This document shows positions 36,081 to 48,598 of a stretch of DNA of 64,000 nt, piece after piece. Numbering within the stretch: the stretch's first letter is position 1; every line of letters begins with the position of its first letter. Source of the stretch: Hemiscyllium ocellatum. Taxonomy: Eukaryota. Location: the NCBI RefSeq assembly GCF_020745735.1, contig NC_083434.1, positions 35,399,966 to 35,463,965 of the forward strand. Direction: 5' to 3'. The notes under the pieces are model-generated. The model ran no database searches, had not been told where the DNA came from, and saw only the letters and a list, made by a program, of their open reading frames with translations. The translations under genes and the position numbers were made by a program.

Positions 36081-36257
36081 GTAATTCAGTGCAGAACAAT
36101 TGGCCTTGAAGCCCTCTTTGTTTATGATTTAATAAATAAACTCTGTTATTCATGTATATTCCAAAATTTAAAATTATTTGATAATTTCTGTCAAATAAAT
36201 CTCAAGTTGAATTGTTCATAAAAGCAATACTTCATATAAAAGTTGATATAGTACTTA

Positions 36258-36450
36258 CATTAGCTGGATTAGAATGGATAGCGCAGCTCTGATTTGTGCC
36301 AAGAACACGGGGTTCAATCCACGACCCAGTTCAGGTAAATTTTGGGCCAGTATCCTCATCCCCTATTCGTTGTAAAATTCATGGCACTTTGCTGAGGTTT
36401 GGCAAATAATTACCAAGCACCTGCCGATGGGTAGAGAACTCAAGAAGAAG
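36258..36450 (+). mobile_element. old tRNA-derived SINE-like sequence
   Basis: TAGCT..AATGGATAGCGC (A-box-like) and GGGTTCAATCC (B-box-like). Confidence 0.45.
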
Positions 36451-39400
36451 GAGTTGTATACAATACATAGTGCTGTTGATACAGAAAATACTGGACAAAA
36501 TATTTGTGTATCAATTAGATAAATTCTGTTTGCTGCATCAGCAATATGGCTTACTATATTTTCAATTATGCCTTTATTTGTTGCTATGCACAGAACTTTT
36601 CAGAGCCTACATATGTTTAACAGTTTGTGTTGAAGTAACATAAATCAAATTCTACCCAATTAGATATGCACTGATTAGGGCTTACACATCATGCATGGAA
36701 TAACAAATATTCAGTTGGCATGGAGGATTTTTAATGTTGTTTAAAGATAAAACAATTTATTTAAAGAGATGTCTTATTTTGACGAGCAAAATTCACCTTG
36801 ATGCTAGGAATGGAGATACTTTTGTGCTTTTAATGTTAAGCTTGAGTTAAATTCAATTGCAGCAGTGGGCCTCACTATAACCACTGTTACAACTTATCAT
36901 GCTATGCATCATACCATATTATGAGAAAGGGCTCATGTGGTCCTTGGGCTGTTCCAAAATGCATGTCACTACTGCTCAGTCCCATGACCAAAGTCATGCA
37001 AGAAAATAGACCTGAATCTTTATCTGCATCTTCATGTGATCATGACGCAATCAAACCATCTCCATGTTCATGGTGTGAATTGTTACAAATGCAAGCAATA
37101 ACAAAGTTTTTTTAAAGCAAAATTTATGTTAATGTCACTTGAGAAAAAAGAAGAGGAACCTGACATGAAACCTAAAATGGGATTGACGTTTTCGGATTTG
37201 GTACCAGGATCACCTCACAAATGTCTCATCAAAAGCAATGCCATTCTTCCTATTAATTCTAATTAAGATTTTTGCAGTGGTACTCAAAATTGGCTGGGTA
37301 TGATAGATAGACAGTTCATGGGGTAATCTCTCCTGCTTAACTGGAGTGCAGAAAAAAATTGGGAACCATTGAATGATAGAGCAGACAAAGTACAGAATGG
37401 AATTCCTTTGGTTTTGCCAGGAAAATCTATTGTTATCATCCCAACTGACATTACTACTGTACAAGTCAGATAGCTGAATAAAATCTGGCTTGATAGATCA
37501 TGTTTTACTTCATGTAATTTGATGCAACAATCTTTCACTGAAACAGAAACACGGAAGGCTGCAGATTTGAACAATAAAATGTGGATTTATTACAGCAGAG
37601 AAACAAAACAAATAAAATAAAACAAACCAAGCTATTTAATATCATAAAGTTTGAAATATTCCAAAACACCATGCAAAATCAAATTCCATCTACTCTCCAA
37701 CGCTATCACTTTAGTTATTACAAAGATGGATATTTTCCTTCTATGCCCAATTCTTAAGTACTATCTTTCCACAGTTACTTTTCTGTTAGCTGCAAAGTAT
37801 TTTCCTTGAATCCTCACACCACTGAGATCTTAGACTTTCTCAGTTTTGAGTAACCGCTGCAGATTGTTAAACACAAATCCTGATCTGGAAGTTTTCACAA
37901 GCTGAAACTCATACACTGAGGTAACTGATTCCCTTAACTCCTTTTTTCTGGAGAAACTATTTTACATCTTTTCAGTCATCTCCTTAGAATTGAGATTAGT
38001 AGCTTTTAACTAACTTTTAAAAATCTTTTCTTCTGCTGAATTAATAATCGAATGATTTTCAATTACTAAACTCCTTCACAAAAAAAAGACAAATGTCCAT
38101 ATGCCATAATTTGAGATCCAAACTCTTCTTAAAGATATATATATAGCAAATAGCTCTCATCTCACTATCTTAAATTTACTTTCACAAAAATACCCTTCAT
38201 AGCTATTAATTTAGAGGTGTGATCACATGCCTACTAGGAATTTGATTGAGGTAATCTAAGCTAATTTCATTTGGTAACTCTATTGGCAATAGAGAGAGCT
38301 GCTTTACATCTAATGGAAAAGGGAATACTATCATCTGGATCCTGGGATTGAATATCAGCTAGATCTTGGCATGGATCATCTTCTCCTGGTGGGTTTGGGA
38401 GTGGGTGTGCAGGAAGCTCAAAGGAGGTGAAGGAAAGAAGGTCTGCGATGTGGGGTTGTCAGAATAAATGTCTGGGTGGTACAAAGGAGGTTTCAGTGGG
38501 TAGTAGTAAAAGAAGAAGTTTGCAAGCAGAGGAAGAAAGGGGCTGTTGTGGAGTAAGGCTAATACGGGACAGAAGGAGAAGGACCCTGTAAGCTACTAGG
38601 GTGGGCAAGCAAGTGGCTACAAGGTGGAGGAGAAGGTGGCTGCAAAAACCACTTTAAACCTGTCAATAAAGGAATAGCCAACAAGATGATCGCAAGCTGG
38701 GTTTACAATCACTGAGGTAATTTAATGTGGAATCTCTTGCTTAAAGTTGCATAATGTCTGGAGCTATCATATGGGGTAAATTGTAATGGATCTAATGCAA
38801 CGAACCCTGTGTCCCTTGTTAAATTTCAATCAGGGATTGAGATTTGAAAAGCTATAAATAGGATAATAACTGCCTGTTTAAAATGTTCCTGTAATGGAAA
38901 TATATTACTATGACCACGCCAGTCAGCAGAATGTGTGTTTTGTGTGATGGGTTATTATTGTATAGAAGTGTTTGTTGGTTATTTTGAAAAAAAACTTTTG
39001 TTATTAACTTATAACCGTTGTCTTGTGCCAGTTCAAATGTTGTGGTGTCTAGGAAATAATGTTTTCCTTTTGTGACATTAACTTTAATGGAGAGCGCACA
39101 GTTATTGAGAACGTTGATCAATTCTTCCAATTCTACTTTTCTGTAAGTCCAAATGCCTCACATGGCAATTCAATAGAGTATTGTTACAACGTGATAGTAT
39201 CACTTAATAAATTAGTTACTGTAAATGAAAAAAGGAATCTCTGAAAGCCAAAAGGTCACCTCTGAAAATCAAAAGGTAACCTTCAAGAAAATCTCAGGTA
39301 CAACCCTTTGATGAAGGAATAATGTTAGGATCCCAGCTGATGTTGGTCATACTGGACGAGTCAAATCCCAGAGAAATACTTGTCTTGATACACCACAAGT

Positions 39401-39607
39401 TTTATTTTTGCAATTTGTTTACTGTAGTATTCAGTGTACTTTTAACAAAAGAAGTTGTTTGTTGCAAAAGAATACAAACATAAAACAAAGCTATATGAGA
39501 ATTTGGAAAGACATCATTGTAAATAGCACAAAGAAAAATTGAATCCTTTTTCTCTGCAAAATTCCTCTCAGACGCTCATGCCACTCCTATCTACATTCTT
39601 TAATTTC

Positions 39608-39856
39608 TTCTGAAAACAAAAAGTGCTGGAAGTCACAGTGGGTCAGGCAGCATCCATGGAGAGAGAGCAAACTAACTTTTTGAGTCTAGATGCCACTTCA
39701 TCAGAGTTGACGTGATACTTCATGTCAGCTTTGATGAAGAGTTATCTAGACTTGAAACGTTAATTTGGTCTCTTTTCATTGATGTTGCCTGACCCACTGT
39801 GATTTCCAGCATTTTTGTTTTCAGTACAGATTCTAGCATCTGCTATAATTTGCTGC
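39608..39856. mobile_element. fold-back Penelope-derived element with hammerhead motifs; 11-bp TSD
   Basis: Arms ~39610-39712 and ~39722-39823 are reverse complements. TSD TCTTTAATTTC at 39597-39607 and 39857-39867. Consensus of the two arms is CTGATGA-A-GAGTC-ATCTA-GACTC-GAAA-CGTT. Confidence 0.88.
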
Positions 39857-40611
39857 TCTTTAATTTCACTCAATTGACAAGGTTACGTGCATTTTCTTTC
39901 AATGATTTTCTGCACATTCATCAGATTGGATTCTTTCAAATTCTCCCAGGGACATGCAGACACAGGTAAACATATTGAGTTTCTCATTGAACTGTGTAAG
40001 AAAGGCTTCCAGCCCTGTTTGGTGAACTGTTAAAACAGTTTTAAACTTGTTTTAAGCTCAGATGTCCTAGAGAATGCCAAAACTAAACTGCCTTGCTGAT
40101 GATATGGACCTTTTCTTCTGAACTTAGACCTTTAGCCATTGGTCTGTCTGTAGGGTGGAAAAATTCAAACTATTAAATACTTCAGCGATTATCTCACTAG
40201 GTAGTGTATCTAGTCATTTAGTATAATCACAGTCATAGAATTGTTACAGCACAGAAGGAGGTCATTTGGCTTGCCATGCCTGCACCAGTTGTGTTACCTA
40301 GTGCCAGTACATCACCAGGCAGTATATCCCAAACCCTAACTATTCTCTGTGCAAAGCTTATTTTTTAGCATCACCAAACAACTTGGTTTGCCCAACATTT
40401 TAAATCTATGCCCTCTTGTTGTTCTTTATTTTATGAATGGGAATAGCTTCTCCCTATCTACTCTGCCTCATTGCTCATGTTTAGAAAACCTCAACCAGAT
40501 CTTTTCTTAGCTTTCTTCTCTACAAGACAACAGCCTCAACTTTTTCAATCTATCCTCATAACTAAAGTTTCTCATTTCTGGAACAATAACCTCTCCAATG
40601 TATTCACATCT

Positions 40612-40780
40612 TTTTATTTTATTTCTTTATTTTTCTATATTCTTTTTCCTAAGAATTTATACTTAAGAATCTGTACCTTTGTACATAAGATGGCGCTGTA
40701 TGTGGCAACTTCTAAACATTAAAATGTACTCTTGAGTATATGTGACAATAAAGCTAATTCAATTCAATTCAATTCAATTC
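40612..40780 (+). mobile_element. L2-like 3' tail
   Basis: ..AAGATGGCGC..GTGACAATAAAGCT(AATTC)n. Confidence 0.6.
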
Positions 40781-40929
40781 GATCTTTCCTAAAAGTGTCA
40801 TGCACATGTTACCTAGTACTCCAGCTGAGGTCTTCCATGCTGGGTCTGCTGCTCTTTGTCATTTATATGAATGATTTGGATGTGAATATAAGAGTTATGG
40901 TTATTAAGTTTGCAGATGACACCAAAATT

Positions 40930-41133
40930 AAAATCACGCAACACCATGTTATAGTCCAACAGGTTTAATTGGAAGCACACTAGCTTTTGGAGCGCCGCTC
41001 CTTCATCAGGTGGTTGTGGAGGAGCGGCGCTCCAAAGGCTAGTGTGCTTCCAATTAAACCTGTTGGACTATAACCTGGTGTAATGTGATTTTTAACTTTG
41101 TACACCCCAGTCCAGCACCAGCATCTCCAAATC
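40930..41133. mobile_element. fold-back Neptune-family terminus inserted in the CR1 FADDT codons; 14-bp TSD
   Basis: TSD ATGACACCAAAATT at 40916-40929 and 41134-41147. Arms 40930-41001 and ~41021-41093. Minus-strand hammerhead CAC-CTGATGA-A-GGAGC-GGC-GCTCC-AAAA-GCTA-GTG. Confidence 0.92.
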
Positions 41134-41863
41134 ATGACACCAAAATTGGTGATGTAATGGACAGTGAAGAAGTTACCTCAGAGTACAATGGGACGTTGAC
41201 CAGATGGGCTTTGGGCTGACGAGTGGCAGATGAAGTTTAATTTAGATAAATGTGAGATGTTGCCTTTTGGAAAGATAAATCAGGCCAGGATTTATACATT
41301 TAATGGCGAGAACCTGGGGAGTGTTGTCAAAAAATGAGATCTTGGAGTGCTGGTTTATAGTTCTTTGAAAGTGGAGTCGCAGGTAGGCAAGTTAGTGGAG
41401 AAGGCGTTTGGTACGTTTGCCTTCCTCGATCATTGCATTGAGTGCAAGAGTTGGGAGGTCATGTTGCAGCTGTGCAGGACATTGGTTAGGCCACTCTTGG
41501 AATACTGCTTTAAATTTGCATATCCCTGCTATAGGAAAGATGTAAAGAAATTTGGAAGGGTTTACAAAAGATTTATGAGGGCATTGCCAGGGTTGGAGTG
41601 TTTCAGCTAAATGGAGAGGCTGAATAGACTGGGGCTATTTTCCCTGGAGTGTTGGAGGCTGAGGGGTGACCTCCTGATAGAGGTTTATAAATCATGAGGG
41701 GCATGGATAGGGTGAATAGTAAAGGTCTTTTCCCCGGTGTAGGAGAGTCCAAATCTCAAGGGACTTGGTTTAAGGTGAGAGGGGAAAGATTTAAAAGGGA
41801 CCTAGGAAACAACTTTTTCACGCAGAGCGTGGTATGTATATGGAACAAGCTGCCAGAGGAAGT

Positions 41864-43260
41864 GCATGGGAAATCATGTCTCACAAACTTGATTGAGGTT
41901 TCTGAAGAAGTAACAAAGAAGATTGATGAGGGCAGAGCAGTAGATGTGATCTATTTGGACTTCAGTAAGGCGTTCAACAAGGTTCCCCATGGAAAATTGA
42001 TAAGCAAGGTTCGATCTCATGGAATACAGGGAGAACTAGCCATTTGGATACAGAATTAGCTCAAAGATAGAAGGCAGAGGGTGGTGGTGGAGGGTTGTTT
42101 TTCAGACTGGAGGCCTGTGACCAGTGGAGTGCTACAAGATTGGTGCTGGGCCCTCTACTTATTGTCATTTACATAAATGATTTGGATGCAAGCATAAGAG
42201 GTACAGTTAGTAAGTTTGCAGATGACTCCAAAATTGGAGGTGTACTGGACCGCGAAGAGAGGTACCTCAGATTACAACAGGATCCGGACCAGATGGGCCA
42301 ATGGGCTGAGAAGTGGCAGATGGAGTTTAATTCAGATAAATGCGAGGTGCTGCATTTTGGGAAAGCAAATCTTAGCATGACTTATACCCTTAATGGTAAG
42401 GTCCTAGGGAGTATTGCTGAACAAAGAGACCTTGGAGTGCAGGTTCATAGCTCCTTGAAAGTGGAGTCACAGATAGATAGGATAGTGAAGAAGGCATTTG
42501 GTATGCTTTCCTTTATTGGTCAGAGTATTGAGTACAGGAGTTGGGAAGGGCTTATGCCCGAAACGTCGATTCTCCTGCTGCTCAGATGCTGCCTGGCCAG
42601 CTGTGTTTTTCCAGCACCACATTTTTCAACTCTGGTACTCCAACGTCTGCAGTCCTCACTTTCTCCTACAGGAGTTGGGAGGTCATGTTGCGACTGTACA
42701 GGACATTGGTTAGGCCACTGTTGGAATATTGCGTGCAATTCTGGTCTCCTTCCTATCGGAAAGATGTTGTGAAACTTGAAAGGGTTCAGAAAAGATTTAC
42801 AAGGATGTTGCCAGGGTTGAAGGATCTGAGCTACAGGGAGAGGCTGAACAGGCTGGGGCTGTTTTCCCTGAAGTGTCGGAGGCTGAGGGGTGACCTTATA
42901 GAGATTTACAAAATTATGAGGGGCATGGATAGGATAAATAGGCAAAGTCTTCTCACTGGGGTCGGGGATTCTAGAACTAGAGGGCATAGGTTTAGAATGA
43001 GAGGGGAAAGATATAAAAGAAACCTAAGCGGCAATTTTTTCATGCAGAGGGTGGTATGCCAGAGGATGTGGTGGAGGCTGGTACAATTACAACATTTAAG
43101 AGGCATTTGGATGGGTATATGAATAGGAAGGGTTTTGAGGGATATAGGCCAGGTGCTGGCAGTTGGGACTAGATTGGGTTGGGATATCTGGTCAGCATGG
43201 ATGGGTTGGACTGAAGGGTCTGTTTCCATGCTGTATATCTCTGTGACTCTATGACTCTAT
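41864..43260 (+). mobile_element. younger 5'-truncated CR1 (HER1-like) LINE
   Basis: HGKSCLTNLIE..VDVIYLDFSKAFNKVPH..LGPLLIVIYINDLD..SKFADDSK..; (GACTCTAT)n tail. Confidence 0.93.
42547..42666 (+). mobile_element. 120-bp Penelope 3' terminus starting inside the hammerhead; 14-bp TSD
   Basis: TSD TACAGGAGTTGGGA at 42533-42546 and 42667-42680. Insert AGGGCTTATGCCCGAAACGTCGATTCTCC..CTCACTTTCTCC. Confidence 0.93.
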
Positions 43261-43859
43261 GCTGGAGGCTGATACTATTACAACAATTAAAAGACATCTG
43301 GATTGATAGATGAATAGGAAAGGTTTAGAGGGATATGGGCCAGATGCTGACAAATGGGACTAGATTAATTTAGGATATCTGCTCGGCTGGACAAGTTGGA
43401 TGGACTGAAGGGTCTGTTTCTATGCTGTACATGTCTATGACTATGACTCTAAGTTCAATATTATCTCCCTCCGCTTGTACTAATGCCCCTATTAGAAAGC
43501 TGAGAACATTATATGCTTTACTAACTGCTTTCTCCACCTGACTTGCTATCTTGAATGATCTGTACTTTTATGCACCTAGATCCCTCTGTTCCTGTGCCCC
43601 TTTAGAATTGTGACCCTATTTTACATTCTTCCAATATTTTTCCACCAGAGTGCATCACCTTGCACTTTTCTCCTAATTTGTCATCTATTCACTCACTCCA
43701 CTAATTTTGTAAAACAAAATTTCACCTTTATTTGAAAATGTCCATTTTGGAGTTCCACACTGTCATCCTCACAGTTTACAGATCTTTGAAGTTTAGTGTC
43801 ATCTGCAAATTTTGAAATTGTTTCCTGCACATTAAGACCCAACTCATTAATATATATCA

Positions 43860-44172
43860 GGCACGGTGGCTCAGTGGTTAGCACTGCTGCCTCACAGTCC
43901 CAGATTCGATTCCAGCATCGGGCGACTGTGTGTGTGTTGTTTGCACATTCTCCCAGTGTTTGAGTGGGTTTCCTCCGGGTGCTCCAGTTTCTTCCCACAG
44001 TCCAAAGATGTGCAGGTCAGGTGAATTGGCCATACTAAATTGCCCAGAGGTTAGGTGCATTAGTCAGAGGGAAATGGGTCTGGGTGGGTTACTCTTCGGA
44101 GGGTCAGAATGGACTTGTTAGGCTGAAGGGCCTATTTCCACACTGTAGGGAATCTAATCTAATCTAATCTAA
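43860..44172 (+). mobile_element. HE1/V-SINE-type SINE
   Basis: GGCACGGTGGCTCAGTGGTTAGCACTGCTGCCTCACAG head, V-domain, (AATCT)n tail. Confidence 0.92.
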
Positions 44173-47100
44173 TACCAACCCCTTCACTACAAACCTTCCC
44201 CCAGCCTAAAAAATAACCACTGACCATTGGTCTCTGTTTCCTATTACTCAGCCAATTTTGCATCAATGTTGCTACTGTCCCTTTTATACCATGACTGATA
44301 TCCCTCCTCACAAGTCTGTTATGTGGCATTGTGTCAAACACCTTCTAGAAATCCATGCATACTATTGTGAGTAAGTCACCACAAATTATCTTTAATTTGG
44401 CTACTTGTTAAGAAATCTCACAGACAATCAAGTACTAAAACAATGATTTAAACTTTATTGCCTGCAATAACCAAAGTAAGACCCCTCAAGTAAGCAAATT
44501 AAGCGTGTTAGCTATTACCCAATTAAAGATGGATTCTGGCCAGGATTTCATCTACAGCAGTCTGCCTCTGGAAGTGTCCAGAATTTGATCCTTATGCAAA
44601 ATTATTCTCTGGAATTCTGCTTAAGGTAAAGTTCTGATGTTTGATTCTTCTTTCAAATTTGTGCTGTGACATTATTGATGATCCAATTGATTATTTCATC
44701 CTAACAATGATTACTTTCCTGGAGACCTCAAGTATGTCGTTTGCCTTCTAATCAGAAGTAGCTTCTCTGATCCTTGTTACATTCCGTGTTAGCTGTCTGT
44801 TTTAAATACAGCTTTTCTTACAATTAACTCCTTTACTTCAGCATATTCCTCCTGTAGGCAGAATTAATTGCCTATTTGGCATGAGGCAACAACTTATCAA
44901 GCAGTTGTCATCTCCACCCTCTCCCAGGAAACGGATTGTTTCTGTTCCTTCAACTCCTTTCCAGGGTTGGCCAATTCACATTTTGCTTTTAACCCCTTTT
45001 GTAACTGCCTCCTTGTTTCTTTCATCTCCAAAAGAAATTTTATTCAAAAAGTTATTGCTGCTGCTTTTTGTGTGTAAAAGTTTGTCTTTTGTTGATTCCT
45101 CAATCCAGGAACAGTTATTAAAGTTCTGAATATTACAATACCATTTCAACAGTGTTGTCCTAGCGTCTCTATATGTTACCTTTTCAAAAAGCTCCAGCAA
45201 GTCTGTTAAGTTTAGAAATCCATGCTAACTATTCCTCATTAACTCATCATCTTCCATGGTGACAACTAATTCTATCCCAAATAATTGTTTCTCAAAGGTT
45301 AGACTACCGAAGTTAGACTAACTGGTCTGTAATTGCTGGGATTCTCTTTACAACTTTTCTTGAACAAGGTGATAGTGTTTGTAATTCTCCAGTTTTCTGG
45401 CATTTTGCCCCGAGCCCAGGGAAAATGGAAAGATTATGGTTAGTGGCCCTACAATTTCTACCCTCACTTTCTTCAAAGTCCTTTAATGTATTTTGGATGA
45501 CTCTTGGTTATGGTGCATTATCAACTTTAAGTGCCACGGTATATCCAAGAACTCCACCCCCCCCAATCCCCACCCTATAGGCTTTTTTTGTTTGCTTCTC
45601 TTGTTTACTTTTTCACCTGTCTAAACTTTTCTGTTTTCCTGTTGATTCTCAAAGTCACATGCTTTATTTGTAATGCTGTTTTGACCCACTGCTAAAGATT
45701 GAGTTTCTGACCCTTAAAAAAGGTTAAACATCACGCAACACCAGGTTATAGTCCAACAGGTTTATTTGCAAGCACTGGCTTTCGGAGCACTGCTCCTTCA
45801 TCTGGTGGTTGTGGAGTATAAGATCGTAAGATGCAGAATTTATAGCAAAAGTTTACGGTGTGATGTAACTGAAATTATACCTTCAAAAAGACATGGATTG
45901 TTTGTTAAGTCTCTCATCTTGTAGAATTATCACATTGGTTTCAGTTCAGTAAATCACAGAACATTTTTAAAGTTACATTCTCAAGTGAACTTTAACAACT
46001 GGTGTCATGTCGGCCCAGATAATGCATTGAAGATGTGAGGTGCCCTGTGTGAGACTGTCTGTGCCACAATGTTCAGACTGATTCTAATCTAAGAAACAGT
46101 GCCATTGTCATTCAGAATAGAACAGATTACTGCAAGCAAGTACCAACAATTGAACAACCAGGAACACTACAGGCAACTGCCAGCCGATCCAACCAAAGTG
46201 CACGCCTGTGAACTAAACACATTGATCAGGAATTTGGATCCAGTCCGTCAGAGTTCCCTATGTGCCCTCATCCTACGTATTTCTCACATCGCCATCTTCT
46301 ACTGCCTTCTGAAGATACACAAAGCAAACACACCAGCACATCCCATCATATCAGGCAGTGGGACCTTGTGTGAGAACTACTCCGGCTATGTTGAAGGCGT
46401 CTTGAAACACATTGTACAGGGGACCCCCAGCTTATGTCACGACACTACAGATTTCTTACAGAAACTCAGCACCCTCGGACCAGTCGAATCAGGAACATTC
46501 CTCATCACAATGGACATTTCGGCATTCTACACCAGCAGCACCCACAATGATGGCATAATGGCAAAAGCCTCAGTACTCAATGCCAACAACTACCAATCTC
46601 TAAGCACCGTGCTACAACTCATCCGCTTAATCATCAGTCACAACATTTTCACCTTTGACAACCAGTTCTGCATCCAGACACATGGACAGCCATGGGGACC
46701 AAACCTGCACCCTAATATGCCAACATTTTCATGCACAGATTCAAACAAGATGACTTCTCTACGCAGGACCTCCAACCAACACTATACACCAGGTACATTG
46801 ACCACATTTTCTTCCTCTGGTCCCATGGCGAGGAGTCACTGACAAAACTACACAGTGATATTAATGAGTTTCATCCCATCATCAAACTCACCATGGACTA
46901 CAGCCTAGTATCGGTTTCATTCCTGGACACATGCATTTCCATCAAGTATGGAAACCTCAGCACCTCACTCTACCGCAAACACATGGATAATCTCATAATG
47001 CTACACTTCTCCAGCTTCCACCTGCAACATATTAAAACAGTCATCCCCTATGGACAAACCCTGCGCATACACAGGATCTGTTGAGATGTGGAGGAACAAG

Positions 47101-47869
47101 ACGGGCACCTGGAAGTACTCGAGGATGCCCTCGTAAGAACAGGGTACAAGGCTCAACTCATAGACTGCCAGTTCCGATGTGCCACAGTGAGAAACTGTAA
47201 TGACATCCTCAGGAGACAGACACGAGCTGCGACAAACAGGGTACCCTTCATTGTCCAGTACTTCCCAGAAGCTGAAAAACTATACCATGTTCTTCGCAGC
47301 CTGCAACACATTATCAATGAGGATGAGCACCTCGTCAAGACCTTCCTCATGCCTCCACGTCTTGCCTTTAAACAACCACCAAACCTCAAACAGATCACTG
47401 TTCGTAGCAAATTGCCCGGCTTTCAGGACAACACCATACAATCTTGTCATGGTAGACACTGCAAGACATGTCAGTGTGTCGACATGAATACCACCATTAC
47501 GCGTGGGGACATCTCCCATCGTGTACTTGCAGGTACTAATGCAACTGAACCAACATTATCTATCTCAAACACTGCAGGCAAGGATGCCATGAGGCATGGT
47601 ACATTGGCGAGACTGAGCAGCGGCTACAGCAACAGATGAATGGACACCACACGACAATCAACAGACAAGAGTGTTCCCTCCCAGTCAGAGAACACTTTAG
47701 CGGTCCAAGACATTCAACCTCGGACACTCTGGTGACTATCTTCCAAGGCGGACTTTGGGACAGGCAACAACGCAAAGTGGCCGAGCAGAGACTGATAGCC
47801 AAGGTCTGTACCCATGGGGATGGCCTCAACTGGGACCTTCGGTTCATGTCACACTACAGGTGACCCCAC

Positions 47870-48200
47870 TGCACCACACACACATGCACACTCGTAGACG
47901 CACATTCACAGACATGCAAACATTCCTCTACACACACACACACACACACATACACACACACACAATCCTACAAATGCACACACTTCTGCAGACCCATAGC
48001 TCACGCAGACTCTGTCAGATGCAAGCTCTCATACACTGACACATACACTCCCACACTCTCACACACAATTGCACCCTCTCACAGACTTATAACCCTTTAC
48101 ACTCACACGCACACACATACATACATTCTGTCACAGACACTTATAACCTCCACCCCCACACACACAAACATACACATACATCCACATGCAAGCACACACA
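47870..48200. repeat. (CA)n-rich microsatellite in the Penelope 3' UTR
   Basis: CACACACACACACACACACATACACACACA and degenerate CA runs. Confidence 0.9.
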
Positions 48201-48565
48201 AACTTGTGTGGTGAATTTGTACTTACAGAATTACATTTTATTTTGTTCAAAAACTGCATGAATCCATGTATGATTCTGTAAATTGGTTTTTAGGTTAGAA
48301 TCAGTTTGGACATTGTGGCACAGTCTCACACAGGGCACCTCACACCTTCAATCTTGACATGACACCAGTTGTTAAAGTTCACTCGAGAATGTAACTTTAA
48401 AAAAGTTCTGCAATTTACATATGAAAGAACTGAAACCAACATGCCCATTCTAAAAGATGAGAGACTTAACAAACAATCCAGGTCTTTTTCAAGATATAAT
48501 TTCAGTTACATCACACTGTAAACTTTAGCATAAATTCTGTGTTTTACAATTTTATACTTCACACC

Positions 48566-48598
48566 CACCTGATGAAGGAGCAGCTCCGAAAGCCAGTG
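48566..48598 (+). ncRNA. minimal hammerhead ribozyme motif (variant cleavage triplet)
   Basis: CAC-CTGATGA(48569-48575)-A-GGAG-CAG-CTCC-GAAA(48588-48591)-GCCA-GTG; stem I CAC/GTG. Confidence 0.65.

Larger units (their letters stand above)
40835..43450 (+). mobile_element. CR1 LINE (RT to 3' end) containing a Penelope hairpin (40930-41133) and a second CR1 (41864-43260)
   Basis: LGLLLFVIYMNDLD..KFADDTKI. The sequence GAGGAAGTG|(insert)|GCTGGAGGCTG resumes at 43261, and the tail is CTATGACTATGACTCT. Confidence 0.88.
40230..45560 (-). mobile_element. old minus-strand CR1 LINE fragmented by younger insertions (pieces ~40230-40610, 40780-40833, 43451-43858, 44173-44365, ~45200-45560)
   Basis: ORF track peptides LIYINELGLNVQETISKFADDTKL (43693-43998) and FDTMPHNRLVRRDISHGIKG..WLSNRKQR (44159-44341). 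CR1 3' tail at 40230. Confidence 0.7.

Noticed and set aside
37530-40200. Further LTR-like stretches (37530-38190, 39320-40200; also ~33590-35030, 44366-44850, 63160-63780)
   Set aside because: Composition suggests solo LTRs, but I could not establish termini, TSDs or internal domains, so they are not called.
42095-43122. Long ORFs (225 aa and 193 aa) as host genes
   Set aside because: CR1 RT fragments whose frames are shifted by the 42547 insertion.
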